A program made the position numbers and the translations under genes. Below are positions 40,401 through 54,000 of a stretch of DNA of 64,000 nt, piece by piece. Each line of letters opens with the position of its first letter. The first letter of the stretch is position 1. The notes under the pieces were generated by a model. That model made no database searches. It was not told where the DNA came from and worked only from the letters and a program-made list of their open reading frames with translations. The stretch lies in assembly GCA_918797485.1 (NCBI GenBank), contig CAKKNE010000004.1, forward strand, positions 4,650,001 to 4,714,000, given 5' to 3'. Source of the DNA: Pelagomonas calceolata. Taxonomy: Eukaryota.

Positions 40401-43400
40401 GCTGCAGTCAGGGCACATTTCTACCGTGAAATTGCCCTTGAACGCCATCGGTCCGAAGGAATGGCAGTGCCACTGCCCCCCGGCCGACGCGCACATGGCT
40501 TCATCACACTCGCACCCGCTCCAATCATCCTCAACCTCGTACTCGCATCCGTGCGCGGCGCACTCGCTCTCGGACATCATCCAGGGCTCGAACCCGTCCT
40601 TGCCTTCGCACCAGCAATCGTCTGTGTAGACGCAGCCGCACTGGTCCTGCATGAAACAAACGCATTCCCCCTCGCTCATGTCCCAGGCCATGGCGTCGTA
40701 GCCCGCCGCGTCGCAGGCCTCGATGCACGCCTCGCGCGAGGGCATGTAACCGAGCCAATGTTCGTCATCTGACTCGCAGGCGCCCACGGGACCGGTCCGC
40801 CAGTGCTCGGCCGTCGTAGGCACCGGCGTGACGGTCGGCGCCGCGCTCACGCTGCCGTAGAGCACGGCGACGGCCGACGCGTCGAGGGCGCGGGCGTAGA
40901 TGTAGACCTCGTCCAGCGCGGCGGTCAGGGGATAGCTCATCATCTGGTCCATGCCGAGCGACATCCAGCGCCCCTCCTCTATCTTCGTGTCGAGGCCTAT
41001 AGTCTCCTGCCAGCTGCGCTCGCCGTCGAAGTACAAGGCCAGCGCCGAGTTGCCGCCGCGGCTCGGGCCGTCGTACGTGAGACAAAAGTGATGAAAGTCT
41101 CGCCAGTCGATGTGGCGGCCGAGGCTCACTGCCGCCTGCGTGCTGTCGGCGATGATCACTAGGTCGCCTTCCTCGGTGCCGACGCGCAGGCCAAAGGACG
41201 CCGAGAGTTCGTCGTGCGTGAGCCGCCGCCGCCGGATCTCATCGTCGTCCGGCGGCGCTGCGAACGGCGCCGGCGTCCAGGACGTCGGCGCGCCGGTCGT
41301 CGGCCGGTACGACGGCCTGGGCATTGTCGGCGTAGCGCTTGGGGCGCTCGAGGGTACGTAACTCGGCGGCCTGGTCACTGTCGGCGTAGCGCTTGGGGCG
41401 CTCGACGGTACGTAACTCGGCGGCGCGGTCGTGGGAACCCGTGTGAACGGGCTCGGTGCCGCGGTCGGCGCGGACGTCGGATCGTAGGTATCTTGGAGCG
41501 TCGGCGCGTACGTCGGCGCGTAGGTATCTTGGAGCGTCGGCGCGTACGACCCGGGGTCGGACGAGCCGCCGTAGTGGAACAGGTAGCCGCCGTTCCACAA
41601 GTCGATGCGCGCCCAGAGACAGACGGTTCGATCGGCGTCGCCGTCGAGGTCTCGCACCACCTCCCAGGGAAGCCAGACGGACTCCCAGCGCATGCCGGCC
41701 AGCGTTATTGCCGTACCGCCGTCTCGGCCCTCGGTCGTGGCCATGGTCTCGGGCATGCCATTCCAGCTGTTATGGGCGTCCTGCGTCGTCCCGTCGACGA
41801 AGGGATAATAGGCAATGAGGCAGTCTTCGTACCAGCACTCCTCTGAAGACCAGTCAACCTGTAGCTCATGTATCCACTCTCCCTCGACTCGCAGTTGGAG
41901 CGGCGCGTCGAGGGAGTTGCCACTCTCGGCATGATACGTGCTTCCGGTCTGGCTCGACGTCGCCGCGACGACTCCGTTGATGTAGATCGACACCGCCGGC
42001 GCGTCGGTCGACGCCGAGAACACGACCGTCACCCAGTCGGTCGGTGCGAGCCGCGCGTGCGTGTCCGGTCCCAGAAGTTCCAGGCATGGGTAGCCTGCAT
42101 CCATATTGTCAGAGACCACGCTATTGAGGCACACGTGCGTCGTGTGTTGATCGCTGTCGCCAAGCGTGAGCCACGCCACGACGTTGTCGCCGTCGTATAA
42201 CGACCAACCGTTAGTAGTCATTCCATCATTCAGGTCTTGAGCTCGGAACCGGAGCTCGGCGCCATGTGGGTTAAAAGGCAGGACCAGTTGTCTGCTCCCG
42301 ACGGTGGCACTATCGTAGAGGTAGGTCGCCATGCCGCCCTGGTAGCTATAAGAGTACGAGTACGAGTACGAACCCTCGGGGCCGTGCAGCTTGCAAGTGA
42401 TCAGGCCGCCAGTGGCCGCCGTGTAGTCGTACATCGCGCAGTCGCCGCACGAGGCGCAGCCCTCGCCGCGCATCACCGTCCCGTCGTCGAGGCACTTCAT
42501 GGAGTGCCAGCCCGGGGTGCAGCCATCCTCATCTTCGTCCCCGTCCTCGTCCTCGTCCGCGTCCTCGTCCTCGTCGCCTTCGCACTCCTGCGGCAGCGCG
42601 GCGAACGAGTCGCGCGTGATCAGGTAGCTTTCTTCGTTGCCGACGTCATCCATGCACGGGCAGTCGTTCTGACAGTAGCAATCGCCGTCCCCCCAGTCGA
42701 TGGCCACCAAACCATCGCCGTACGCGTCCTCACACATCGTCCAGCACTCGCCCGGCGACGCCGTGCAGCCAATGCGCCTATCCAGATCGCTGTCGCAATA
42801 GCCCATCGAGTGACCATGAGCCATGGATCCGTCCGGCGCCCAGTTGAGGTCGTCCGCCACCGTGACGTTGCTGCAGTCAGGGCACATTTCTACCGTGAAG
42901 TTGCCCTTGAACGCCATCGGTCCGAAGGAACGGCATTGTGGCTCTCCCCCGGCGGACGCGCACGAGTCGGGGTCTTCGCACTCGCACCAGCTCCAATAAT
43001 CCTCAACCTCGTACTCGCATCCGTGCGTGGCGCACTCGCTCTCGGACATCATCCAGGGCTCGAACCCGTCCTTGCCTTCGCACCAGCACTCGTCTGTGTA
43101 GACGCACTCGCACTGGTCCTGCATGAAACATATGCAATTCTTCTCGTTCGTGTCCCAGGCCATGGCGTCGTAGCCATGCATGTCGCAGGCCTCGATGCAC
43201 GCCTCGCGCGAGGGCATGTAACCGAGCCAATGTTCGTCATCTGCGTCGCAGGCGCCCACGGGACCGGTCCGCCAGTGCTCGGTCGTCGTAGGCACCGGCG
43301 TGACGGTCGGCGCCGCGCTCACGCTGCCGTAGAGCACGGCGACGGCCGACGCGTCGAGGGCGCGGGCGTAGATGTAGACCTCGTCCAGCGCGGCGGTCAG

Positions 43401-46400
43401 GGGATAGCTCATCATCTGGTCCATGCCGAGCGACATCCAGCGCCCCTCCTCTATCTTCGTGTCGAGGCCTATAGTCTCCTGCCAGCTGCGCTCGCCGTCG
43501 AAGTACAAGGCCAGCGCCGAGTTGCCGCCGCGGCTCGGGCCGTCGTACGTGAGACAAAAGTGATGAAAGTCTCGCCAGTCGATGTGGCGGCCGAGGCTCA
43601 CTGCCGCCTGCGTGCTGTCGGCGATGATCACTAGGTCGCCTTCCTCGGTGCCGACGCGCAGGCCAAAGGACGCCGAGAGTTCGTCGTGCGTGAGCCGCCG
43701 CCGCCGAATCTCATCATCGTCCGGCGGCGCTGCGAACGGCGCCGGCGTCCAGGACGTCGGCGCGCCGGTCGGCACCGAGGAAGGCGCGTCGGTCTCCGTC
43801 GTCGGCTCGGCCGTGGGCCCCGAAGTAGGCTCGCTCGTGGGCTCGAACGTCCGCTCCGTCGTCGGCCGATAAGACGGCCTGGGCACTGTCGGCGTAGCGC
43901 TTGGGGCGCTCGACGGTACGTAACTCGGCGGCGCGGTCGTGGGAACCCGTGTGAACGGGCTCGGTGCCGCGGTCGGCGCGGACGTCGGATCGTAGGTATC
44001 TTGGAGCGTCGGCGCGTACGTCGGATCGTAGGTATCTTGGAGCGTCGGCGCGTACGACCCGGGGTCGGACGAGCCGCCGTAGTGGAACAGGTAGCCGCCG
44101 TTCCACAAGTCGATGCGCGCCCAGAGACAGACGGTTCGATCGGCGTCGCCGTCGAGGTCTCGCACCACCTCCCAGGGAAGCCAGACAGACTCCCAGCGCA
44201 TGCCGGCCAGCGTTATTGCCGTACCACCGTCTCGGCCCTCGGTCGTGGCCATGGTCTCGGGCATGCCATTCCAGCTGTTATGGGCGTCCTGCGTCGTCCC
44301 GTCGACGAAGGGATAATAGGCAATAAGGCAGTCTTCGTACCCGCATTCCTCCACCACCTGCTCGACGCCGTCGTAGTAGTAGGTCGCCGTGACGCCCTGG
44401 CCGTAGCTGTAAGAGTAGCTGTGCGAGTACGAGTACGAGTACGAACCATCGGGGCCGTGTAGCTCGCAGGTGGCTCGGCCGCCAGTGGCCGCCGTGAAGT
44501 CGTACATCGCGCAGTCGCCGCACGAGGCGCAGCCCTCGCCGCGCATCACCGTCCCGTCGTCGAGGCACTTCATGGAGTGCCAGCCCGGGGTGCAGCCATC
44601 CTCGTCTTCGTCCGCGTCCTCGTCCTCGTCGCCTTCGCACTCCTGGGGTAACGCCGTCCCTTCGCGCGTGATCAGGTAGGTTTCTTCTTGGCCGGCTTCC
44701 GCCATGCACAGGCAGTCGTCCCGGCAGTAGCACTCGCCGTCCTCCCAGTCGATGGCCACGAGGTCGTCGCCGTGCGCGTCCTCACAGATCGTCCAGCACT
44801 CGCCCGGCGACGCCGTGCAGCCAATGAGCTCATCAAGATCACTGTAGCACCAGCCCATCGAGTGATCGCTGTGGTAAGTGGTTCCGTCCGGCGCCCAGCC
44901 GAGGTCGTCCGCCACCGTGACGTCGCTGCAGTCGATGCACATTTCTACCATGAAGTTGCCCTTGAACGCCATCGGTGCGAAGGACTGGCAATTCGGCTCT
45001 CCTCCGGCGGACGCGCACGAGTCGGGGTCTTCGCAACTGCAGTAGCTCCATTCCGAGTAGTAATCGCATCCGTGCGCGGCGCACTCGCTCTCGGACATCA
45101 TCCAGGGCTCGAACCCGTCCTTGCCTTCGCACCAGCACTCGTCTGTGTAGACGCACTCGCACTGGTCCTGCATGAAACAAACGCAATTCTTCTCGTTCGT
45201 GTCCCAGGCCATGGCGTCGTAGCCCGCCGCGTCGCAGGCCTCGATGCACGCCTCGCGCGAGGGCATGTAACCGAGCCAATGTTCGTCATCTGCGTCGCAG
45301 GCGCCCGCGGGGCCGGTCCGCCAGTGCTCGGCCGCCGTGGGTATGGCGGTGACCGTCGGCGCCGCCGTGATGGTCGGCGCGGGACTGGGCGCGGCCTTTG
45401 CGGTATTCGTCGAGCATAGGTACGTCGAGAAGCACTGATGGCAATAGTTGTCGTGGAACTCGAAGCCTTCGGTCGACCAGCCGTACGTACCAAGCCAGCA
45501 GCCGGCTTCGTAGTCGCCGTTTGGCTCGTGATAGGCCGACGACCGCATGAACCAATCGCCTCTTGCGACGCCCCGCCAGCCGACGCCGCTGTACGTGGCC
45601 ATGGCGTCGCTGTTCATCGGGTAGTCGCCGCACGAGCCGCAGCCGTCCTCGTCGCGGTAAATGCCGACGAGGAAGTGGTGATGCTGGAGGTCTTGCCCGC
45701 CCGTCGCCTCGAGGACGGCGAGCGCGTGCGCGTAGCTGCGCGGCACCCAGATGTCGAAGCCGGCGGGGCAGCTGTTCTCGTCCGTGTGGCGGCACGTACT
45801 GTGGCCGTCCTCGACGCGCAGGACGTTGTGGAGCTCGCCCTCGGCCTCGACGCAGTAGAGCGTGCGGCCCTCGTAGTCGAATTCGCCGACCGTCGAACAC
45901 ACGTCGATCGTGGGCGCGACACTGATCGTGGGGACGGCCGTCGTCGGCGCATGAGATGGACCCGCAGGACAGCACGTGTACCGGCAGTCGTCCCCGGACG
46001 GGTTTGGCGGCATCGGAGTGTAGCCGTTCGCGCATGTCGCCGGTTCGCCCCAATCCATCGAGGCGCAGCAGTCACCGCCCAATGACGTGCAGTAGTCCGG
46101 GCGACAGTCATTCTCCCACATCCAGTCCTCGTCCTCGTCCTCCGAGCAGTCGTCGTACCAGCACTCCTCCATCGCCTGCTCGACGCCGTCGTAGTAGTAG
46201 GTCGCCGTGACGCCCTGGCCGTAGCTGTACGAGTAGCTGTGCGAGTACGAGTACGAGTACGAACCATCCGGGCCGTGTAGCTTGCAGGTGGCTCGGCCGC
46301 CAGTGGCCGCCGTGTAGTCGTACATCGCGCAGTCGCCGCACGAGGTGCAGCCCTCGCCGCGCATCACCGTCCCGTCGTCGAGGCACTTCACGGAATGCCA

Positions 46401-47987
46401 GCCCGGGGTGCAGTGGTCCTCGTCTTCGTCCGCAGCCCCGCCGCCGCAGTCGTCGTAGGAGCACGGCTCGCGCGTCCCCTCTTCGTCGACGATGCCGTCG
46501 TCGTCGTAGTCGTGATAATAGACGATCGGCGACGTGCCGGGCTCGCAGGTCACGCGGCCACCGAAGTCGAACGTCGCGTCGTGCAGCGCGCAGGCCGTCG
46601 CGTCGCACGAGGCGCAGCCAACCCCGCGCATCGGCGTGCCATCGTCGCGGCACTCAATGACCTCGTAGCCCGGCGTGCAGCACGAACCCCCGCCGTCGCC
46701 GTCCTCGTCGTAGTGTGCGTAACCCGGTTCGCACTCCAGACAGTCTTCGTATCCCGGGCCGTCGCACGCGACGCAGTTCTCGGTGCACGGACCTTCGTAA
46801 TCCGTGGAGGCGCTGCAGTCGTCGTACCAGCACTCCCCTGGAACCGGAAACTCGACGCCGCCCTCGAAATAGGTCGCTGCGTGGTCGCGACCGTAGCTGT
46901 ACGAGTACGAGTACGAAGCGTCTCGTTTGCACGTGATTAAGCCCAAGGTGGCCGCCGTGAGGTCGTACATCGCGCAGTCGCCGCAAGAGGTGCAGCCCTC
47001 GCCGTACATCACCGTCCCGTCCAGACAATTCATGGAGTGCCAGCCCGGCGTGCAGTCGTCCTCGTCGCCATCGTCGTGGTCATGCCCGCTCTGCCAGCAC
47101 TCCTTGCTCTGCACCTCGGCGTCGCCCGACGTCGCCGCCCAGGCGCCCAGCGAGTCGACGCCCTGGTCGTTGGCCCAGCCGGTGCACGGGTTGCACCAGC
47201 CTTCGCCGGGAACCCACTGGATGGCGAAGCAACTCGCCTCGGCGTCGCACCACGCGCGGCAGGCGTTGAGCCCCGCCGCGTCGCTGCCCATGCCGGCGAC
47301 GTCGTGCCACTCGCAGAGGTCGCGCTGGACACCACTCAGTTCCGTGCAGGAGCCAGATATCGAGCAGGCGCAACACTGGGAACTCTCGGAGCACATATTC
47401 ACATTCCTGTTGAGGGTGACGCAGTGGCCGGCGTGGTCCTCACACGGCCCGCCGTCGCACTCGCCGTACTCGCGCGCCGACGAACAGCCGGCCGGCCAAA
47501 CCCACGCCCCGTCGCCGTCGGCGTCGTTGAATCCGACCCAGACTTCGTCGCACATGGCTCCGGCCCGAAGCGCGTCGAGCGCGGTCTCGTCGGCGTCCGA
47601 CGTCACGCAGGCCACCGTGCCGCCCAGACTCGCGCAGTGATCCTCGCAGGAACTAAACGTCATTGGTCCGCCGCTGACCTCGTATCTGGCAAAATCCCCC
47701 GAGCCGCCCTCGCAGCTTTGGTACGAGCAGGACTCGAAGACGCGTTCCTCGTCGACGCGGCCGTCGAGGTCCTCGTCGTAGAAATAGGTCGCCGTGCGAT
47801 ACGAGTACGAGTAGCTGTGCGAGTAGCTGTACGAGTACGAGCCGTGGCCGTCTCGCTTGCAGGTCACGCGGCCTTCCGATGCCGCCGTGAAATCCCACAG
47901 GTCGCAGCCTTCGCACGAGGTGCAGCCCTCGCCGTGCATCACCGTCCCGTCGTCGAGGCAATCAAACACGCGCCAGCCCTCTGCGCA

Positions 47988-48020
<33 letters not shown>

Positions 48021-51000
48021 CTCCGAGCAGTCGTCGTACCCGCACGCCTCGAACTGCGCCTCGAGCTCGATGTTGCCGTCAATGTCTTCGTCGTAGTAAT
48101 AGGTATTCGTGCCCGGCTCGCAGGTGTATTGGTAGCCCGTCTCCATCGTTAGGTCGTTTGTCATTTGGCAGTCCTCGCCGCAGGGAACCGCGCCACAATG
48201 CCCGGACCACAGGTGCCCGTCGTCTCGGCACTCCATCGCCAAATAGCCCGGGGTGCAGTCGTCGCCCGGTGTACAGGTATTATCGTAGTGCGTCCCGGCC
48301 CAATCGAAACCGGCACCGGCCTCGGTCCGGCAATACTCGATCAGGCCGTCGTCGCCAGCGAACTTAAGTTCGCAGGACGTGCAATAGCCGTAGTCGCCGG
48401 CGAATTCACAGACGTGGTCGCCGGCGCACTCGCCGCAGCCGCCGTCGGCGCGGCAGCACTCGCACCCCGGGTCGCACGGCGTCCCGTCAGGTCTTGCTTT
48501 GGCGTACTCCGGACCGAGGCCGTGGTCCCACAGTATCGCGCAGATGTCTGTGCCGTCGTCGTGGCCAGTCGGGCAGCACGTCTCCGCGTCGTCCCCCATT
48601 GCGTGGAGGGCGGCGTCGCCCTCGGGATAGGGTTCTCTACCCACCGAGGCGCACTTGGAGTATCCGTCGCGATAGGCGCCCCAGGCGTGGTCCCCGCACG
48701 AACCGGAGCGATAACTGGTCGCGCTCGGGCAGCACGTGTACTCGGGGTCGTGCTCAGGCGGGTTCGGCGGCGACGGAAAGTAGCCGTTTGAGCAGGTCGC
48801 CGGCTCGCCCCAGTCCATCGAGGCGTAGCAGTCGTCGCCCATGGACGTGCAGTAGTCCTGGCGACAGCTGTTCGCCCACCTCCAGTCCTCGTCCTCGTCC
48901 TCCGAGCAGTCGTCGTACCAGCACTCCTCCACCGCTTGCTCGACGCCGTCGAAGTAGTAGGTCGCCGTGACGCCCTGGCCGTAGCTGTACGAGTAGCTGT
49001 GCGAGTACGAGTACGAGTACGAACCATCCGGGCCGTGTAGCTTGCAGGTGGCTCGGCCGCCAGTGGCCGCCGTGAAGTCGTACATCGCGCAGTCGCCGCA
49101 CGAGGCGCAGCCGTCGCCGCGCATCACTGTCCCGTCGTCGAGGCACTTCATGGAGTGCCACCCCGGGGTGCAGTCGTCCTCGTCGTCGGGCGCTGGACTG
49201 GACCCAGGCTTGAAGAGAAAGACGACTTTCGTCACCGAACCGGGAAAGACCTCATCCTCCTTTCCGTAGCCGCATCCCGCGTACAGCGGTACGTTGTCAT
49301 AGTCGTAGTCGTAGCACCAGGACACCGGAGAGCAGGGCGCCTCCGCTCCGATTCTTTCGACGCTCATGTCGAAGCAGTCGCCGCCGCCTTCCAGATAGTG
49401 ATACACCGACGCGGTGTAGCTGGCGCCCCCCTCGAAGCAACTCAGCTCCAGGCCCGCGGCCTGCGGGTGCGGTCCGTTTTGCTTCTCGAACCAGAGGCCG
49501 TCCCGGTTGAAGTACGGGTACGGGTGTCCCCCATCGTCGCGACCCAGGAGGCCATTCCAGTCACCGATGGATCCAAGGTCAGTTGGCATTGTGAACCATA
49601 TACCGAGTTTATACTCGCCTTCCCAAAATGTCTGCTCAAGGACCACGTCCAGGTCCGCGCCGGAAGCCGACGGGGTCGCGCCCTCGAACAGGGTGTACGT
49701 GATCCATTCGTCCGGGTGATAGCTGTGCGAGTAGCTGTACGAGTAGCTGTGGTCCGTGCGGGACGGCAGGGCGGTCGCACTAAAGTCCTTGTCGCAGGGA
49801 GAGCACGCCGAACATATGCCTCCTTCGGCCACGGTGCACTTGGTCAGCCCTGCGTGATATGTGCACGTCGAAGTGTAGCCACACGCATTAGTACCTATCT
49901 CTCCGTTGCAGGCAGCAAAGTCCGGGGATGCGCACGGACTGTTTTCCGGGGGATAGCTGTGCGAGTAGCTGTGCGAGTAGCTGTGCGAGTAGCTGTGGTC
50001 CGTGCGGGACGGCAGGGCGGCCGCCGGCATGTTTTCCGGGGGATAGCTGTGCGAGTAGCTGTGCGAGTAGCTGTACGAGTAGCTGTGGTCCGTGCGGGAC
50101 GGCAGGGCGGCCGCCGGCATGTTTTCCGGGGGATAGCTGTGCGAGTAGCTGTGCGAGTAGCTGTACGAGTAGCTGTGGTCCGTGCGGGACGGCAGGGTGG
50201 CCGCCGGCAATGTGGACGGCGAAGGCGATGGCCGCGGCGTCGGGTCAAAATTGCATTCAACAACGATGTCCGGGTTGGGCGTCCACCCGGAGCTGGTAGA
50301 CTCTATCCAATTTCCGGACACGTCCGCGAGGTCATCGTCTGAGTTGATATATATGTACCCATTGAGCGAATCGCAGCCGTCTGGGTCTTGGCCGATGACC
50401 CAGTAGCCACCATTCTTATACCAGAGGTATCGCGTGAAGCTGCAGTCGGAGCACTGATAGTAGACCTTATCCTCGCATCTGCCGCTAAATAAGTACGTTC
50501 CGTGGCTGCTGCTTTGATCGTTGGAGCCCGACACGGCGACGGAATCACAGCCGCCCCGAGGTGTCGGCTGCGGCGTCCACGGCGTCGACGTGTCGCTATC
50601 GTGACCGTAGAGCTGCAGCGTCCACTTCACCAGGACGCCGTCGTCGTCGTCGAGCCGTCGCCGCGATCCGAGGTCGTCGTCGTCACCGCTCCCGGCTCTC
50701 CGGTCCGCCACGCGGAGCGTAAATGCACCGCTGTCCGCGGTCTCTCCCCAGTGCCGAAGCGTAAAGAACTTCCAGTGCGTGTAGCTAGTACCTTGCTCGA
50801 GCTTGTCGTCTGTCAGGAGCGAAGTGACGCCGTTCCGCTCGAGTTCGATCCTCAGGTCGCCTCTCCTTGGATGCTCAATGGTCACGTAGACCGAGACGCC
50901 TTCGATGATAAAGTCCGACGAACCGAACTCCGCCGCTTCCGACTCGACCCAGTGCTCGGTGCCGTCGAAGTCGAGCAGGGCCGCGCCACTGGTCGTCGCC

Positions 51001-54000
51001 GTCACGAGCGTGATCTCGGCGCCCAGGGTCGTCCAGGTCTTCGCCGCCGTGGTCGCGGCCAGCGCGTCCACTAAACCGAAACCGTACTTGTAGCTATGTT
51101 TCACACCGGCCTGGTTCGTGGTCCACTGGCCGGTCTCGTCGTCCTCGTCGTTGAAGTCGGTCCGCGCGGTCGCGGCGAGCACTCCCTGAACGTCACGCCA
51201 TGTCAAATTGGGGTTCGCTTCCAAGACCAGAGCCGCGACGCCGGAGACGAGCGGGGCCGCGTAGGACGTGCCCATGCCGGCGTCAGCGCAGTTGTCGACG
51301 GCGCCGAGGGCGAGCGGCTGCGCGGCGAACATGCCGTGGTCGGTGTCGCCGCCGGGCGCGCTGGTGAAGACCGGTGCTCCAGAAGACGAATAGGACGCGT
51401 GCTTGAGGTCAAGGCCGAGCGCGCCCACCGAAATGGTGAAGCGGCTCTTTTTGTGGCCCTCGTAGTTCACGTCCTGGCCGATTTCGTACGAGTTGCCTGC
51501 CGAGAAGACGTACACCGTGCCCAGGCCGCCTCGACCGTTTGTCGTGCCATCGACAAAACTGTTGTGCCTGCTGCTCGAGATCTGGCCGTAGCCGCACTGG
51601 ACGAAGTAATGGTCGAGCTCCAAACAGGGCGTCACGTCGTCGTGGAAGTAATTGGTGCAGTAATCCACGACAGCATCCTCGCACGTTGCCGAGAGGTCCC
51701 CTGACGCCCAGTCGTCGCCATCGCACGCGTCGCACGGGCAGTCGGCCGAGCTCGCCGAAGGACACTCAAACGGGCAGTCTGTCGCCGAAGTGGCGTAGCG
51801 CTCGCACGCGTTGGTGCCCCAGCTGTTCGACGAGATGTCGTTCACATCGTAATTGTGCGTGAGGAAGTCCTCGCTTGTGGAGCATTCGCCCAGCATTACG
51901 CACGACGCGATGCCGGCGCCCGGTGCGACGCCGACGCCGCAAGCCGAGTTCGAGTCGCCGGCCGCCAGCGACGCGCAGACCGTGCCGTGCGAGTCCATGA
52001 CGCCGTCACTGTCCGCGCATGGGGCATAAACGCCGCACGAGTTGGCCAGGTCGAGCTTCGCCAGGTCCGGATGCGTGTTGTCGACGCCGTTATCGTTGAT
52101 GAGAATCTGCACGCCGCTTCCGTTATAGCCCGCGGCCCACGCCTCGGGCGCGCGGATCGCTTCGAGGTACCACGCGGCGTCGGCGTAGTACGGGTCCGGC
52201 ACCGGGGGCGCGTCGGGGTCCGCGCAGTCGTAGTTTCCGCACGTGGAGGTGCCGTCGACGCAAGTTGTTTCGCAGCAGTCGCCGCCGTCGTAGCACGGAT
52301 CGACGTTGTTCTCGGCGTCGCAGTGGCCGTCGCCGACGCTCGCCAGGGCGCTCGCGCCGCCGCAGTCGAAGCACTTGTACTTGGCCGTCGTGCCGGGGAC
52401 CTGCTGACAGCCCGCGGCCGCGTAGCACTCGACCGTGATGGCGGAGTTGACTGACCACGCGGACCCGGTCCACTCGCTCCAATCTCCGGACACGTCCGGG
52501 AGGTCTTCGTTTGTGACGATACTAATGCCCGAAGAGGTCGAGGCGCAGCCGTCTGCGTCTGGGCCCATGAACCAGTATCCATAATCGTGATACCAGATGT
52601 GTTTCGTGCTTCCGCAGTCGAGGCACGAAAAGTAAGGCTGAGAACTGTCAGTGCACGTTCCGGTCGCTTCGTAAAAGCCGTGATAGGAGGTTTGAACGGC
52701 GGCGCCCGAGACGCGGGCCCAGTCGCAGGGCACCGGGGCCATCGTCGGCGGGAGACTCACCGCGCACGTGACCGCGATGGCAGAGTTGGGAACGGTTGCA
52801 CTCCCGTCCCACTCGCTCCAATCTCCAGATAAAGCCGCGAGGTCTCCGCCCGGGTCGGAGGGGGAAAATATTCCACCAGAACCACTTCCGCAGCCAGCAG
52901 AGCCGATAACCCAGCCATTACCGTTTAACCAAATTTTCTGTTCCGAACTGCTGCAGTCGAGACAGGTGTAAAGAGGAGTCCCGTCGTCGCAAAGGCTCGC
53001 TTCATACAGGCCGTGCCTGCCGCTTTGATAGGTGGAGCCCGACACGGAGACGTAGTTGCAGGGCAACCCCTCCAGCCAGCGGCCGGTCCGCGCCAGCGGC
53101 GTCGGCGCCTCGGTCGGCGCGCCCTCGGTCGTCGCGCACTCGACGGCGATCGCCGGGTTCTCCTCCGTGAAGGGCGACTCGGCCCAGTTCCCCGTCAGGG
53201 CCGCGAGGTCCCCGACCGCATCGTTAATATAGATGCCGGCGACGGTCGCGCCGCAGCCGCCGGGCCCGATGAACCACTGGGACCCCGTGTACCAGATGAA
53301 CTGGGGGTCGCTGGCGCTGCAGTCCAAACACTCGTAGTAGGGCCGCGCCGCGCACTCGCCGACGCGCTCGTACGTGCCCTCCCGGCTGGTTTGGCCGGTC
53401 GTGCCCGATACGGAGACGTATTGGCAGGCGTCGTCGTCGTCGGAGGCATGCTGCGCCAGCGGCGTCGGCGCCTCGGTCGGCGCGAAGCACTCGACGGCGA
53501 TCGCCGGGTTCTCCTCCGTGAAGGGAGACTCGGCCCAGTTCCCCGTCAGGGCCGCGAGGTCCCCGGTCGCATCGTTAATATAGATGCCGGCGACGGTCGC
53601 GCCGCAGCCGCCGGGCCCGATGAACCACTGGGACCCCGTGTACCAGATGAACTGGGGGTCGCTGGCGCTGCAGTCCAAACACTCGTAGTAGGGCCGCGCC
53701 GCGCACTCGCCGACGCGCTCGTACGTGCCCTCCCGGCTGGTTTGGCCGGTCGTGCCCGATACGGAGACGTATTGGCAGGCCTCGTCGTCGTCGGAGGCCT
53801 GCAGGTCCCGGCGCGCGCGGCCGGGGTCCGGGGGCGGCGCGGGCACCCCCGCGGGGTCCGCGCGTCCGCGCCGCGGCGGCACCGCGACGTCCTGGGGCGG
53901 CGCGGGCACCCCCGCGGGGTCCGCGCGTCCGCGCCGCGGCGGCACCGCGGCGTCCTCTCTCCGCAGCGCGCGGCGCGTGCCGGGCTCCTGCGGCGGCACG

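Noticed and set aside
49940..50205. Regular repeats resembling a CRISPR array
   Set aside because: In-frame coding tandem units without unique spacers; eukaryotic context and no cas genes.
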